Of a stretch of DNA of 64,000 bases, positions 31,331 through 40,662 are shown in pieces. The stretch is taken from NCBI GenBank assembly GCA_963695095.1, contig CAVOFT010000001.1:3200001-3264000 (forward strand). Reading direction: 5' to 3'. Both the position numbers and the translations under genes were made by a program. Each line of letters opens with the position of its first letter. Position 1 is the stretch's first letter. The notes beneath the pieces are model-generated. The model ran no database searches and was not told the DNA's origin. It saw only the letters and a list, made by a program, of their open reading frames with translations. The DNA is from an uncultured bacterium. Lineage in GTDB: Bacteria; Krumholzibacteriota; Krumholzibacteriia; JACNKJ01.

Positions 31331-32584
31331 ATGGCCGAATCCCGCATGCGGATAGCTATCCACAAGCAGGGGCAGGACTGCCAGGTCCGCGTCCGTGCCT
31401 TTTCCGGCAAGGAAGAGAAGCAGCTCCGGGCGAAGCTCAATCTTTGCCCCGCCGACGAGGCGCTGACGCGCATGGAGTCCTACGAGGATCTCCGTGCAGA
31501 CGAGTACTTCACGGTGAAGAGCGCCGGCGGCCCCGAGCTCTGCTTCGGCTGCCCGCCCGGACGCCTCGTGCGCCTGCGCGAGTTCCTCGACGAGACGCGT
31601 GGCGCCGCCGTGACCGACGGCGCCGAGCACGTGCCCAGCACCGAGGATGCGCGGCGTGCAGTCAGCCTCGAGGACAACTTCGCCGAAGAGCTCACGCACA
31701 TCATCGATTCCAATCTGCCCTTCTACAAGCGGGGCCCGGCGGCCTTCGCCAAGGGCGTGGGGATGCGCCTCGGCGTGCTGCTGCTGCTCGCCATCGTGGG
31801 GCGCGTCGTCTACCTCGGCCGCGCGGATCACTACGTCAGCCGCAGCCTGCAGAGCATCATGAAGACGGCGGAGACGCCCTATGCCGGCCAGAGCTATCTC
31901 TCCTACTTCTTCGAGCCCAACTACAGCCACCGCTCCAAGCTGATCATCAAGCGCCCCCTCTACATCCGCGGTAACCGGGTGATTCTCGAGGGCGGCTTCT
32001 ACGTGCAGATCGAGGGCATCGGCAACCTGAAGGCCTCCATCGAAGCCCACAACAACGAGCCCGTGACCCTGCGCGTGGACGCGCGGGAGGGCCGCATGCA
32101 GCTCGCCGGCATCTTCGTCGGCGGGGACCAGGTCGCCCCCAAGGGCGAGCTGCGTTACCAGGGCAAGGTGCCGGTGGCCGGCGCGGCGCCCAGCCGCGTC
32201 GACGCCCTCGACACCGACGCGCAGGGCGCCTACGTCCGCGTGCGCGACGCCGACCCCGAGGAGGACGGCACCTTCGGCTGGATGCTGGGACAGACGGTGA
32301 GCGTGACGGGGAACCTGACCAACGACGTCGACCGCTACCTGATCGGCACGGACGACTTCAAGTTCGCGATCGAGCGCAGCAGCGTGAAGCCGGAGATCCA
32401 GGAGATCCTCGACCTCGCCGCCGGCAGCAGCGAGCGCGCCATCGTCGACATGCGGCTCGCCAATCGGCCCTTCAATCTCATCGATCGGCGCAATCCGCGC
32501 GAGGGTCGGCGGGAGACGCGCATCATCTCGATGGGCACGGCCCACTACATCACCGTGCAGAGCGCGGTGCTGAAGAACATCTAG
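31331..32584 (+). CDS. Hypothetical single-pass membrane protein
   Basis: GGAGGT RBS; one TM (LGVLLLLAIVGRVVYL); strong GC3 bias; no recognised motif. Confidence 0.75.
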   Translation: MAESRMRIAIHKQGQDCQVRVRAFSGKEEKQLRAKLNLCPADEALTRMESYEDLRADEYFTVKSAGGPELCFGCPPGRLVRLREFLDETRGAAVTDGAEHVPSTEDARRAVSLEDNFAEELTHIIDSNLPFYKRGPAAFAKGVGMRLGVLLLLAIVGRVVYLGRADHYVSRSLQSIMKTAETPYAGQSYLSYFFEPNYSHRSKLIIKRPLYIRGNRVILEGGFYVQIEGIGNLKASIEAHNNEPVTLRVDAREGRMQLAGIFVGGDQVAPKGELRYQGKVPVAGAAPSRVDALDTDAQGAYVRVRDADPEEDGTFGWMLGQTVSVTGNLTNDVDRYLIGTDDFKFAIERSSVKPEIQEILDLAAGSSERAIVDMRLANRPFNLIDRRNPREGRRETRIISMGTAHYITVQSAVLKNI

Positions 32585-32590
32585 CGTGAA

Positions 32591-32654
32591 GCGGGCATGA
32601 GGGGCTCCCGCTCGCGCCGCTTCACAGGCGCTCGCAGAAGCCCCTCATGCCCGC
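32591..32654. repeat. Family-2 hairpin repeat (core GCGCC-TGTGAAGC-GGCGC), copy a
   Basis: Arms GCGGGCATGAGGGGCT / AGCCCCTCATGCCCGC; 7 nt after the stop. Confidence 0.9.
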
Positions 32655-32736
32655 CCCGCGCACGTTCCCCCATAGCACCGCGCTCTGCACGCATCCCTTG
32701 CGCTGGGGGCATTCACTTCGGCATGCTTTGCGGCGA

Positions 32737-32799
32737 GGCGTCTCTGGTTCTTCTGCGAGCGCCTGTGAAGCGGCGCGAGCGGGAGAAGCCAGAGACGCC
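32737..32799. repeat. Family-2 hairpin repeat, copy b (inverted relative to a)
   Basis: Arms GGCGTCTCTGG / CCAGAGACGCC around TCTGCGAGCGCCTGTGAAGCGGCGCGAGCGGGA. Confidence 0.9.
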
Positions 32800-32812
32800 C
32801 CGGAGGTCACGA

Positions 32813-33218
32813 ATGAGCGGACGCGAATGCCCCCAGCCTGAACATCCTGCTCCTGAGCGGCGACCGCGATCGGGCGCTCACCGCGCTCAACCTGGCTGCG
32901 GCCGCCCTGGCCCTGGGCAGGCCGACCGCGCTCTTCCTGACCTGGGAAGCGGTGGCGCGCTTCGCCGCGAACAGCCTCGACGAGGGGCCGCTGCCGGCCT
33001 TCGTCGCGGGGCCGGCAGCGGCCGCCCTGGCCGGGCAGCCGGGCATTGCCGAGAGCCTGGAGGCGCTGCGCAAGCGCGGGCTCAAGCTCTACGCCTGCGC
33101 GGGGACCCTGCAGCTGCTGGGGATCGATGCGAGCGCCCTCGCTCCGCGCGTCGATGCCGTCGCGGGCGCGGCCAGCTTCCTCGCCGAAGCCGCCGCGGGG
33201 CAGATCGTCAGCCTCTAG
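32813..33218 (+). CDS. DsrE/DsrF/DrsH-like family protein; apparent frameshift just after the start
   Basis: ATG 32813 with GGAGG RBS is out of frame with SLNILLLSGDRDRALTALNLAAAALALGRPTALFLTWEAV...LKLYACAGTL. Confidence 0.7.
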
Positions 33219-34110
33219 GCCCGCCGTCGGCGCCGGCCTCGCTCTCGCTGCCGCGCAGCTCGAGATAGCGACCCTCGAAGAAGTAGCCCAGCCGCGGCGG
33301 ACGGCCATGCCGCGCCGCCGCGCGATCGATGGCGTCCAGGATGTCGCGCTTGAGGTGGCGGCCGGACAGGTGGATGAGCACGAGGTGCTTCACGCCGGCC
33401 GCGGCAGCCGTGGCGAAGCTGGCGTCGATGTTGGCATGGCGGCTGCCGGCCATCTCCTCGGCGTCGAGATAGGTGGAATCGATGAGCAAGAGGTCCGCGC
33501 CCGCGCAGGGCGCCGGATCGCGGAGCGGCTGCGTGTCGCCCGTGTAGACGAGCAGGGGATGCCAGACGGTCTCCACCACGGCCTCGCGGCCGCGCGCCAG
33601 GATGAGCGCCTTGACCTCCCGCGGATCGGCGCCCGCCAGCTCGGGGCGCAGGGCCTGCCGCCGCTCCTCGATGCGATAGCCGAGGCTCTGCCAGCCGCGC
33701 GTGTGGTCGACGGCGAAGGCGCTCACCCGCGTGCTGCGGCGGGTGATGTCCACCACCACCTCGTCGCCCGGCGCCAGACAGTGCCAGGTCAGGGCGTACT
33801 GCAGCCGATGGCGCTGCTTCTTGTCCAGGTACTCGCGCAGGTAGCCGATGAAGGGGTCCCCGGCCGGGTAGTGCACGGCCAGCGGAATCTCCCGATCCCC
33901 GTTGCTCAGGTTGCGCAGGTTGACCAGGCTGGGCAGGCCGGCGATGTGGTCCTCGTGCCCGTGCGTGAGGAAGACCTTGCGGATGCCGAAGATGCGCTTG
34001 CCGAGCGAGTGGATGATGCCCTCGCCCGCGTCCAGGAGGAGGCGGGCGGGCTTGTAGTAGAACCAGGAGGCATAGAGCGCCTTCGAGTAGCCGGCCAGGA
34101 TGTTCTGCAT
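33208..34110 (-). CDS. rnz: Ribonuclease Z, Thermotoga (TM)-type metallo-beta-lactamase
   Basis: GYSKALYASWFYY, DAGEG, LTHGHEDHIAGL, short TM-type arm (EERRQALRPELAG), YTGDT, HANI, IHLSGRH. Confidence 0.75.
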   Translation of the reverse strand: MQNILAGYSKALYASWFYYKPARLLLDAGEGIIHSLGKRIFGIRKVFLTHGHEDHIAGLPSLVNLRNLSNGDREIPLAVHYPAGDPFIGYLREYLDKKQRHRLQYALTWHCLAPGDEVVVDITRRSTRVSAFAVDHTRGWQSLGYRIEERRQALRPELAGADPREVKALILARGREAVVETVWHPLLVYTGDTQPLRDPAPCAGADLLLIDSTYLDAEEMAGSRHANIDASFATAAAAGVKHLVLIHLSGRHLKRDILDAIDRAAARHGRPPRLGYFFEGRYLELRGSESEAGADGGPRG

Positions 34111-34283
34111 GGGCAACACCTTAGCCGCGCGAGGGCGCCCGCGCAAGGCGGGAAGCGCGGGCGGGCATCTTGACTTTGGCCGCAACCCCTTTATCATGCG
34201 CTCGTTACGATTCCCTGGCGGGGTCTTCCCGCGCCCCTTCCGGCGGCGTGGACGCGACTCGGCCCTGATCCGAGGTCCACTCC

Positions 34284-35669
34284 ATGGCAAGGAAGAAGAT
34301 CATCATCATGGGCGCGGCCGGCCGCGACTTCCACAACTTCAACTGCCTCTACCGCGACAACGCGGACGTCGAGGTGGTCGCCTTCACCGCCACCCAGATT
34401 CCCGACATCGAGGGCCGGCGCTATCCGGCCGAGCTCGCCGGCAAGCTCTACCCCAAGGGCATCCCCATCCACGAGGAGGAGAGGCTGGGCGAGCTGATCG
34501 AGGAGCACGAGGTGGACGAGGTCGTCTTCGCCTACAGCGACGTCACCCACGAGCACGTCATGCACGCCGCCTGCTTCGTCAACGCGATGGGACCGAGCTT
34601 CACGATGATCGGCACCCAGGACACGATGATCGAGAGCACCAAGCCGGTCATCTCCATCTGCGCCACGCGCACCGGCTGCGGCAAGAGCCAGACCACGCGC
34701 AAGGTGATGGAGATCCTCAAGGACATGGGCAAGAAGGTGGTCGCGGTGCGCCACCCGATGCCCTACGGCGATCTCGCCAAGCAGGCCGTGCAGCGCTTCG
34801 CCACCCTCGACGATCTGGTCAAGCACGACTGCACGATCGAGGAGATGGAGGAGTACGAGCCGCACATCGCCGCCGGGCACGTCGTCTACGCCGGCGTGGA
34901 CTACGAGGCCATCCTGCGCGAGGCGGAAAAGGAGGCTGACGTCATCCTCTGGGACGGCGGCAACAACGACACCAGCTTCTACCTGCCCAACCTGCTCATC
35001 GTCGTCGTCGATCCGCTGCGCCCGGGGCACGAGATCGGCTACTTCCCCGGCGAGACCAACCTGCTGCAGGCCGACGTGATCGTCATCAACAAGATCGACA
35101 GCGCGAGCCTGGAGGACATCGAGGCGGTGCGGGCGACGATCCGCGAGCTGAACCCCGAGGCCATCGTGGTCGACGCCGCCAGCCCCATCAGCGTGGAGGA
35201 TCCGGAGCTGATCGCCGGCGCCCGCGTGCTGGTGGTGGAGGACGGCCCCACGCTCACCCACGGCGAGATGAAGCTGGGCGCGGGCATGGTCGCCGCCCTC
35301 AAGTTCGGCGGCGAGCCGGTGGATCCGCGGCCCTACCTGGTCGGCAAGCTCAAGGAGACCTTCGCCAAGTACGAGGACATCGGCGTGCTGCTGCCGGCCA
35401 TGGGCTACGGCGGCCAGCAGAAGCAGGATCTCGAGGCCACCATCGCCGCCGTCGACTGCGACGCGGTGATCATCGGCACGCCCATCGACCTGCGGCGCAT
35501 CATGACGATCAAGCAGCCCTCGACGCGCGTCACCTACGAGCTGGACGAGATCGGCCGCCCCGACATGGACGACATCATCAGCGCCTTCCTGCAGCAGCTC
35601 GAGAGCGAGGACGAGGAAGCGCAGGATCACGAGCACAAGCCCGGCGACGGCCACAAGCACGCGCACTAG
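34284..35669 (+). CDS. COG2403 P-loop NTPase (cyclic 2,3-diphosphoglycerate synthetase-like / arginine synthetase ArcE-like)
   Basis: MGAAGRDFHNFN, ATRTGCGKSQT, RHPMPYG, WDGGNND, VEDGPTLTHG, LPAMGY; His-rich tail. Confidence 0.85.
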   Translation: MARKKIIIMGAAGRDFHNFNCLYRDNADVEVVAFTATQIPDIEGRRYPAELAGKLYPKGIPIHEEERLGELIEEHEVDEVVFAYSDVTHEHVMHAACFVNAMGPSFTMIGTQDTMIESTKPVISICATRTGCGKSQTTRKVMEILKDMGKKVVAVRHPMPYGDLAKQAVQRFATLDDLVKHDCTIEEMEEYEPHIAAGHVVYAGVDYEAILREAEKEADVILWDGGNNDTSFYLPNLLIVVVDPLRPGHEIGYFPGETNLLQADVIVINKIDSASLEDIEAVRATIRELNPEAIVVDAASPISVEDPELIAGARVLVVEDGPTLTHGEMKLGAGMVAALKFGGEPVDPRPYLVGKLKETFAKYEDIGVLLPAMGYGGQQKQDLEATIAAVDCDAVIIGTPIDLRRIMTIKQPSTRVTYELDEIGRPDMDDIISAFLQQLESEDEEAQDHEHKPGDGHKHAH

Positions 35670-35695
35670 GCCGCCGCTCGCCATCGCGCCAAACG

Positions 35696-35728
35696 AAAAA
35701 CGCCGGGGCCCGAAAGCCCCGGCGTTTG
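35696..35728. terminator. Bidirectional intrinsic terminator
   Basis: AAAAACGCCGGGGC-CCGAAA-GCCCCGGCGTTT between convergent genes. Confidence 0.8.
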
Positions 35729-35762
35729 GCATGGGAGGCTGTGAAGGAAGATAGCAGGGGAA

Positions 35763-37283
35763 TCAGGGTGTGACCAGCGTGCTCGCCTCGCGGTTGCGGC
35801 TGCGCGCCGGCAACAGCGCGCAATCGGTTTGGCCGAAGAGCCGGTAGAGCCACCAGCCGGAATCCAGGCCATGGCTCTCCATGAGCACGCGCTGGGCATA
35901 CTGCAGGGCCTCGCCCACCGTGGCCCCGCCGAGCAGGCGCTCGTAGAGGGCGGCGCGGAAGGCGTCGCGCTCGCTCACCTCGCGGAAGGGCGCCAGGGGC
36001 ACGAGCACGTGGCGACAGCCGTGGGCGAGCAGCTCGCCGGCGCGTTCGCCGAGCAGGTCGGGGTCGCCGGCCTCCTGGCCGCCGCCCGGGGGCAGGTCCA
36101 GCAGAACGAGTTCGCAGTCGGGCCGGCCCTCGGCCAGCAGGCTTTCCAGGGCCGAGGCGTCGAGGCAATGGATGAGGCGGGCGCTGGCCTCCTGCTCGGT
36201 GCTCCAGTAGACATCCAGGCCCTTGGTCTCCACCAGTTCCTGGATGCCCTGGGCGAGCCGGCGCGCCGCGCCGCTCTCCCCCACCACGCGCAGGCTCGTG
36301 CGCAGGCCGTCGGTCTCGGGGCGCAGATTGCGGCGGCGGAAGTGGAGGAAGTTGGTGCCGCGGGTGAACAGGTGCGTCTCGCCGAGGAAGACCCCATCGC
36401 GCTGGCTGGGCAGCAGCTCCCAGGGCAGGCGCAGGACCACCGGCGCGCCGAGCACGCGCAGGCGCTCGCCGAGTCCGTCTTCGCCGCCACGCTGGGCCAG
36501 GCCGGCGGCCAGGGCCGCTGCCATGGGGCCGACGAGGCGCAGGCGGTTCTCGCTCGGGTCGCGCGCTTCGCTGTAGTCCGCAAGCAGGTCCGCCAGGGCC
36601 GCTTCCATCTGCTCGGGCGCGGGCAGCAGCTCGCTCAACTCGAGACTGAGCACTTGCTCGGTCGCCAGGCCGGGGGCGCGCAAGGGCCTCGGCAGCGGCT
36701 GCCTGGCGCCCGGCGGCAGGGGTGTGGCGAGCACCGGCTCCTCGCCCTCCCAGCGCCGGTCCTCGAGCTGCTTGCGATCCAGGAAGTGGCGCAGGTACTG
36801 GCCGCGCAGGTCGCGGTCGTCGACGAGGAAGAGCAGGCGGCGCGGCCCGCGCTCGCGACTGAGGAACTCCCGGCTCGTCGTCCAGACGCGCGTGACGAGA
36901 TCCGAGAAGCTCTCCACATAAGGGGAGAAGTCGAGGATGGCGATGGCCACTTCGCGCAGGCCGAGCAGGCCGGCCTGGAAGAAGCACTCGCGGAAGCGGT
37001 CCTCGAGCACCGCCAGGTCGGCCTTCTCCTCGGCCGGCAGGCAGAGATGAAAGAGGAAGCGCTGGGGCAGATCTCCGCTCGAGGTGAGCATCACCTCGCG
37101 CTCGCCGCCATACTCGGCGATCTCGCCCAGGACCGTCTCGCCGGCCATCTTCAGCACGGCGCTGGGCGGGCGGGGCGAGTCCGGCCCCGACCAGGGCAGC
37201 ACGAGGGCGTCCACCCTCAGCTCGGAGGCCTGCTGGGTCGAGAGCGCGATGGCGCGGTTGCCGATGCCGTAGTTGCGGATCAT
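35763..37283 (-). CDS. Degenerate Macro domain fused to degenerate CHAT (caspase-like) domain
   Basis: N-terminal VDALVLP...TSSGDLPQRFLFH...EVAIAIL follows macro topology; C-terminal LRLPWELL...TVGEALQYAQ...WWLYRLFG follows the CHAT pattern. Confidence 0.6.
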   Translation of the reverse strand: MIRNYGIGNRAIALSTQQASELRVDALVLPWSGPDSPRPPSAVLKMAGETVLGEIAEYGGEREVMLTSSGDLPQRFLFHLCLPAEEKADLAVLEDRFRECFFQAGLLGLREVAIAILDFSPYVESFSDLVTRVWTTSREFLSRERGPRRLLFLVDDRDLRGQYLRHFLDRKQLEDRRWEGEEPVLATPLPPGARQPLPRPLRAPGLATEQVLSLELSELLPAPEQMEAALADLLADYSEARDPSENRLRLVGPMAAALAAGLAQRGGEDGLGERLRVLGAPVVLRLPWELLPSQRDGVFLGETHLFTRGTNFLHFRRRNLRPETDGLRTSLRVVGESGAARRLAQGIQELVETKGLDVYWSTEQEASARLIHCLDASALESLLAEGRPDCELVLLDLPPGGGQEAGDPDLLGERAGELLAHGCRHVLVPLAPFREVSERDAFRAALYERLLGGATVGEALQYAQRVLMESHGLDSGWWLYRLFGQTDCALLPARSRNREASTLVTP

Positions 37284-37463
37284 CACCCGGCAGCAAAGCA
37301 AGGGCGATGACAAACCGCCGCGGCAGGCGGGCCGGCCCGCCGATCCGGGCGGCGCGGGGGCAGCGGCTGCCCATGGATGCCTTGGGATGCCCGCCCGGGC
37401 GGCGCGCGGGCCGGCCGGCGCGGAGGATGGGCGGCGAGGGCGCAGGCGGACGCGCGAAGCCGT

Positions 37464-38276
37464 CTATTCCTGTTCTTCGCGGACGATCTCGCGGCCGGTG
37501 CCGAATTCGTAACGGCGCTCGGCGCACTGGCTATCGCTCACTCGGCAACGATAGCAGGCAAAATTCACGTCGCAGATGGGCGCCAGTCCGATGCGCGCGT
37601 CGCCCGAGGCGAAGAGCTGGAGCAGGAAGTCCACGGTCTCCTCGTCGCGGCCGGAGGCCGCCGCCAGCGCGACGATGGCGGCGCGAATGCCGGCCGCGTC
37701 GATCGAGCCGTCCACGAGGTCGCGCATGCGGCTGAGCACGCGGCGCACGGCGGGGCTCGAGCCGGGCGTCTTCCAGCCCATCTCGCGGGTGAACTCGACG
37801 GCGCCCTCGTCCTTGATGTAGCTGAACATCTCCTCGACGCCGGCGGCCAGGTCCTCCTCGCTCTCGAAGGAGGAGAGGAAGTCCACGACGCTGCCGAAGT
37901 CCTTGCGCAGCGTGCGCATGGTGCGGGCGTTCTTGGCGATGGAGCGGACGCGCTGGAGATTGAGCTCGAGGCCCTCCACCTCGGCGAGCTTGCGCTTGCC
38001 CTTCTCGTCGAGGTCGGCCAAGGCCTCGAAGTCCGCCAGGTGCTCCTGCAGCAGGGGCTGCTTGTCGTAGGTGAAGCCGTAGTTGCCGAATCCGAAGCGC
38101 AGCATCTGGAGAATGAGCGAGAACCAGATGCCGTCGTCGCTCTTCCGGGCCGCCTTCCAGCGCAGGACCTCTTCCTCCACATAGTGGAGCGGGTCGATGC
38201 TCGAGCCCTGGCGTTTCATGTCCTCGCGCAGGGTGGTCACGATCTCCTCGAAGAGATCCTTCATGCGGTCCGCCAT
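37464..38276 (-). CDS. DNA glycosylase-like helical protein (Tag/HhH-like) with C-terminal 4-Cys Fe-S loop
   Basis: SDDGIWFSLILQML...RVRSIAKNAR...DFGSVVDFL; C-terminal CDVNFACYRCRVSDSQC similar to the endonuclease III FCL motif. Confidence 0.55.
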   Translation of the reverse strand: MADRMKDLFEEIVTTLREDMKRQGSSIDPLHYVEEEVLRWKAARKSDDGIWFSLILQMLRFGFGNYGFTYDKQPLLQEHLADFEALADLDEKGKRKLAEVEGLELNLQRVRSIAKNARTMRTLRKDFGSVVDFLSSFESEEDLAAGVEEMFSYIKDEGAVEFTREMGWKTPGSSPAVRRVLSRMRDLVDGSIDAAGIRAAIVALAAASGRDEETVDFLLQLFASGDARIGLAPICDVNFACYRCRVSDSQCAERRYEFGTGREIVREEQE

Positions 38277-38482
38277 GGGCACACTCCGATCTTGAACTGA
38301 TCGTTCACTACACTACAGCAAATGGAGTGGGAATGAAGAGGGAGATCCAGACTATAGGCGATTCCGGTCGCCAGCGCCAGCCGGAAAGTCGCCGACTTGT
38401 CAGGGACCGCGCCCGGATGCTAGGCTGGCCGCCAGCCGGAGCGGGCGCGCCCCGGCCCACCGCCGCACCGAAGGGGTTACCG

Positions 38483-39532
38483 ATGAGCTCTGCCATCCGC
38501 CTTGGCCGCATGGCCTTGACCGCCTGCTTCCTGCTGATCGCCTTCGCCGCGGCCCTTGCCCTGCCGGCCGCCGCCCAGGCTCCGGAGGCGGTCCCCGCGC
38601 CGGCAGCGGCTCCCGATACCAGCGGCCTCAGCTCCCTGCAGAAGGTGATGCTCCAGGCCCAGCAGCTCAGCGGCAAGCGGCCGGCCGCCCCGCCCGATTC
38701 GGTGATCCTGCCGCCGGGTGTGCGCCGGCTGACGCACACGGACGCTGACGAGGGCCCCTGCGCCTGGAGTCCCGACGGCAAGACCCTCTACTACGATGCT
38801 CTCGACGGCGGTCCGCGCACTCTCCTGCGCATGGACCTGGCCACGGGCGAGGTGGGCCCCATCGCCGATACTCCCCGCGAGGGTTTCAACGCGGCCGTCT
38901 CGCCGGATGGGCGCTACCTCGTCTTCGCGCGCACCCTGCCCAATCTCCGGCACAAGCTCTGGGTGATGCGCCTGGAAGACGGCGAGGAGGCCAAGCTGAC
39001 CACCGAGGGCGGCAACCTGTACGAGGGCGACCCCGCCTGGAGCGTGAGCGGCGGGCTCATCTACTACTCCCTCTCGAACAACGGGACTCCCAATGCCACG
39101 CCGATGGTGATCTCCCGCACGGGCGACAACCTGCAGCCTCTCGAGCAGGGGAACGGCAGCTACCAGAGTCCCCGGCCCAGTCCGAGCGGCAGCAAGATCG
39201 CCTGGGTGCTGCGCGTGGGTGCGACGGCCGGCCTGCGCATCGTCGATGCCCGCATCAGCGCCCTCAGCGAGGATTACGAGTTTCCCGGCTACTTCCTGAG
39301 CAGCGTGGACTGGCTGCCCGGCGAGCGGCGGCTCGTGGTTTCCTACCTGACCCTGAGCGCCCCCGCGGAGGGCTACCGGATCGGGATCGTCGATCTCGAC
39401 AGCTTGCAACTCGAGCCCTGGCTCGACATGCCGGCGGCCCTGGATCCCCGCGTCTCGCCCGATGGGCGGCAGCTGGTCTTCCGGTCCCGGGTGGGCAAGA
39501 ACTACGAGCTCTACCTCGCCGACCTGCCGTGA
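38483..39532 (+). CDS. TolB-like beta-propeller (PD40 repeat) protein
   Basis: Signal peptide; WSPDGK, VSPDGRY, PSPSGSKI, VSPDGRQLVF repeats. Confidence 0.85.
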   Translation: MSSAIRLGRMALTACFLLIAFAAALALPAAAQAPEAVPAPAAAPDTSGLSSLQKVMLQAQQLSGKRPAAPPDSVILPPGVRRLTHTDADEGPCAWSPDGKTLYYDALDGGPRTLLRMDLATGEVGPIADTPREGFNAAVSPDGRYLVFARTLPNLRHKLWVMRLEDGEEAKLTTEGGNLYEGDPAWSVSGGLIYYSLSNNGTPNATPMVISRTGDNLQPLEQGNGSYQSPRPSPSGSKIAWVLRVGATAGLRIVDARISALSEDYEFPGYFLSSVDWLPGERRLVVSYLTLSAPAEGYRIGIVDLDSLQLEPWLDMPAALDPRVSPDGRQLVFRSRVGKNYELYLADLP

Positions 39533-39676
39533 GGCCCGGTCTCGCCAGGCTGGCCTGAGCGCGGCCGCGCACTTGGCGGCGGCCGCAAAGATGGGTTCGC
39601 CCTGCCCGCCGCTTTGATGTATCCTGGCGTCCGCTGCAGGCGCCGAGCCGACTCGCGCCATCGCGCAAGGAGCCCC

Positions 39677-40543
39677 ATGCCCAGGGACAAGGTCATCGTC
39701 GTCATGCCGGCCTACAACGCCGAGACCACCCTCGAGCGCACCCTGGCCGACATCCCGGCCGGCAGCGTGGACGAGATCATCCTCGTCGACGACTGCAGCA
39801 AGGACGGCACGGTGGATCTGGCCCGGCGCCTGGGGCTCACCGTCATCGAGCACGAGACGAACAAGGGCTACGGCGGCAACCAGAAGACCTGCTACGCAGC
39901 GGCCCTGGAGCGCGGCGCCGATGTCGTGGTGATGATCCACCCGGACTATCAGTACGACGCCCGCCTGGTGCCCCACCTGGCGGGCCTGCTCAGCGCCGGC
40001 CACGTGGACGTGGTGCTGGGCAACCGCATCCGATCGCGGCGGGAGACCCTGGCCGGCGGCATGCCGATCTACAAGTACCTGGCCAACCGCGGGCTCACGA
40101 TCGTCGAGAACCTCTGGCTGGGCCAGAACCTGGGCGAGTTCCACAGCGGCATGCGCGGCTATCGGCGCGAGGTGCTGCAAACCCTGCCCTGGGAGCGCAA
40201 CAGCGACGACTTCGTCTTCGACAGCCAGTTCCTGGCCCAGGCCGTCTACTTCGGCTTCCGCGTGGGCGATATCCCCGTGCCCGTGCGCTACATGGAGGAG
40301 GCGAGCAGCATCAACTTCGCGCGCAGCCTCGAGTACGGCCTGCTCACCCTGGAGACCCTGGCCCGCTACGCCCTGCACCGCCACGGGCTGATGCAGAGCG
40401 ACATCTTCGAGCCCCGCGAGGGAGCGCCCGCCCCCAGCGGCGGCCCCAAGCGCGCCCGCCGGCTGGTGGACAAGGCCCGCCAGCTGGCCGAGGGCAGCCC
40501 GGGCAAGAGCGAGCCCATCGCTGGAAACCCCCGGCAACAGTAA
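39677..40543 (+). CDS. Glycosyltransferase family 2 (DPM/DPG synthase-like)
   Basis: [33 protein letters not shown]. Confidence 0.93.
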   Translation: MPRDKVIVVMPAYNAETTLERTLADIPAGSVDEIILVDDCSKDGTVDLARRLGLTVIEHETNKGYGGNQKTCYAAALERGADVVVMIHPDYQYDARLVPHLAGLLSAGHVDVVLGNRIRSRRETLAGGMPIYKYLANRGLTIVENLWLGQNLGEFHSGMRGYRREVLQTLPWERNSDDFVFDSQFLAQAVYFGFRVGDIPVPVRYMEEASSINFARSLEYGLLTLETLARYALHRHGLMQSDIFEPREGAPAPSGGPKRARRLVDKARQLAEGSPGKSEPIAGNPRQQ

Positions 40544-40662
40544 ACCTTCTATTTCCGGTATCAATATAGTGAATCTCTTGGCGAGCGGCTAAGCTGGCCT
40601 CTAATTTGGATCTATGAGTCCGGTTGGAAGCAGCTGACCCTACCCTCACCCCAGAGGTCACC

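Noticed and set aside
32811..32841. In-frame TGA near the DsrE-like start as selenocysteine or readthrough
   Set aside because: It is not at a conserved Cys position and has no upstream in-frame start. A 1-nt indel after ATG 32813 explains it better.
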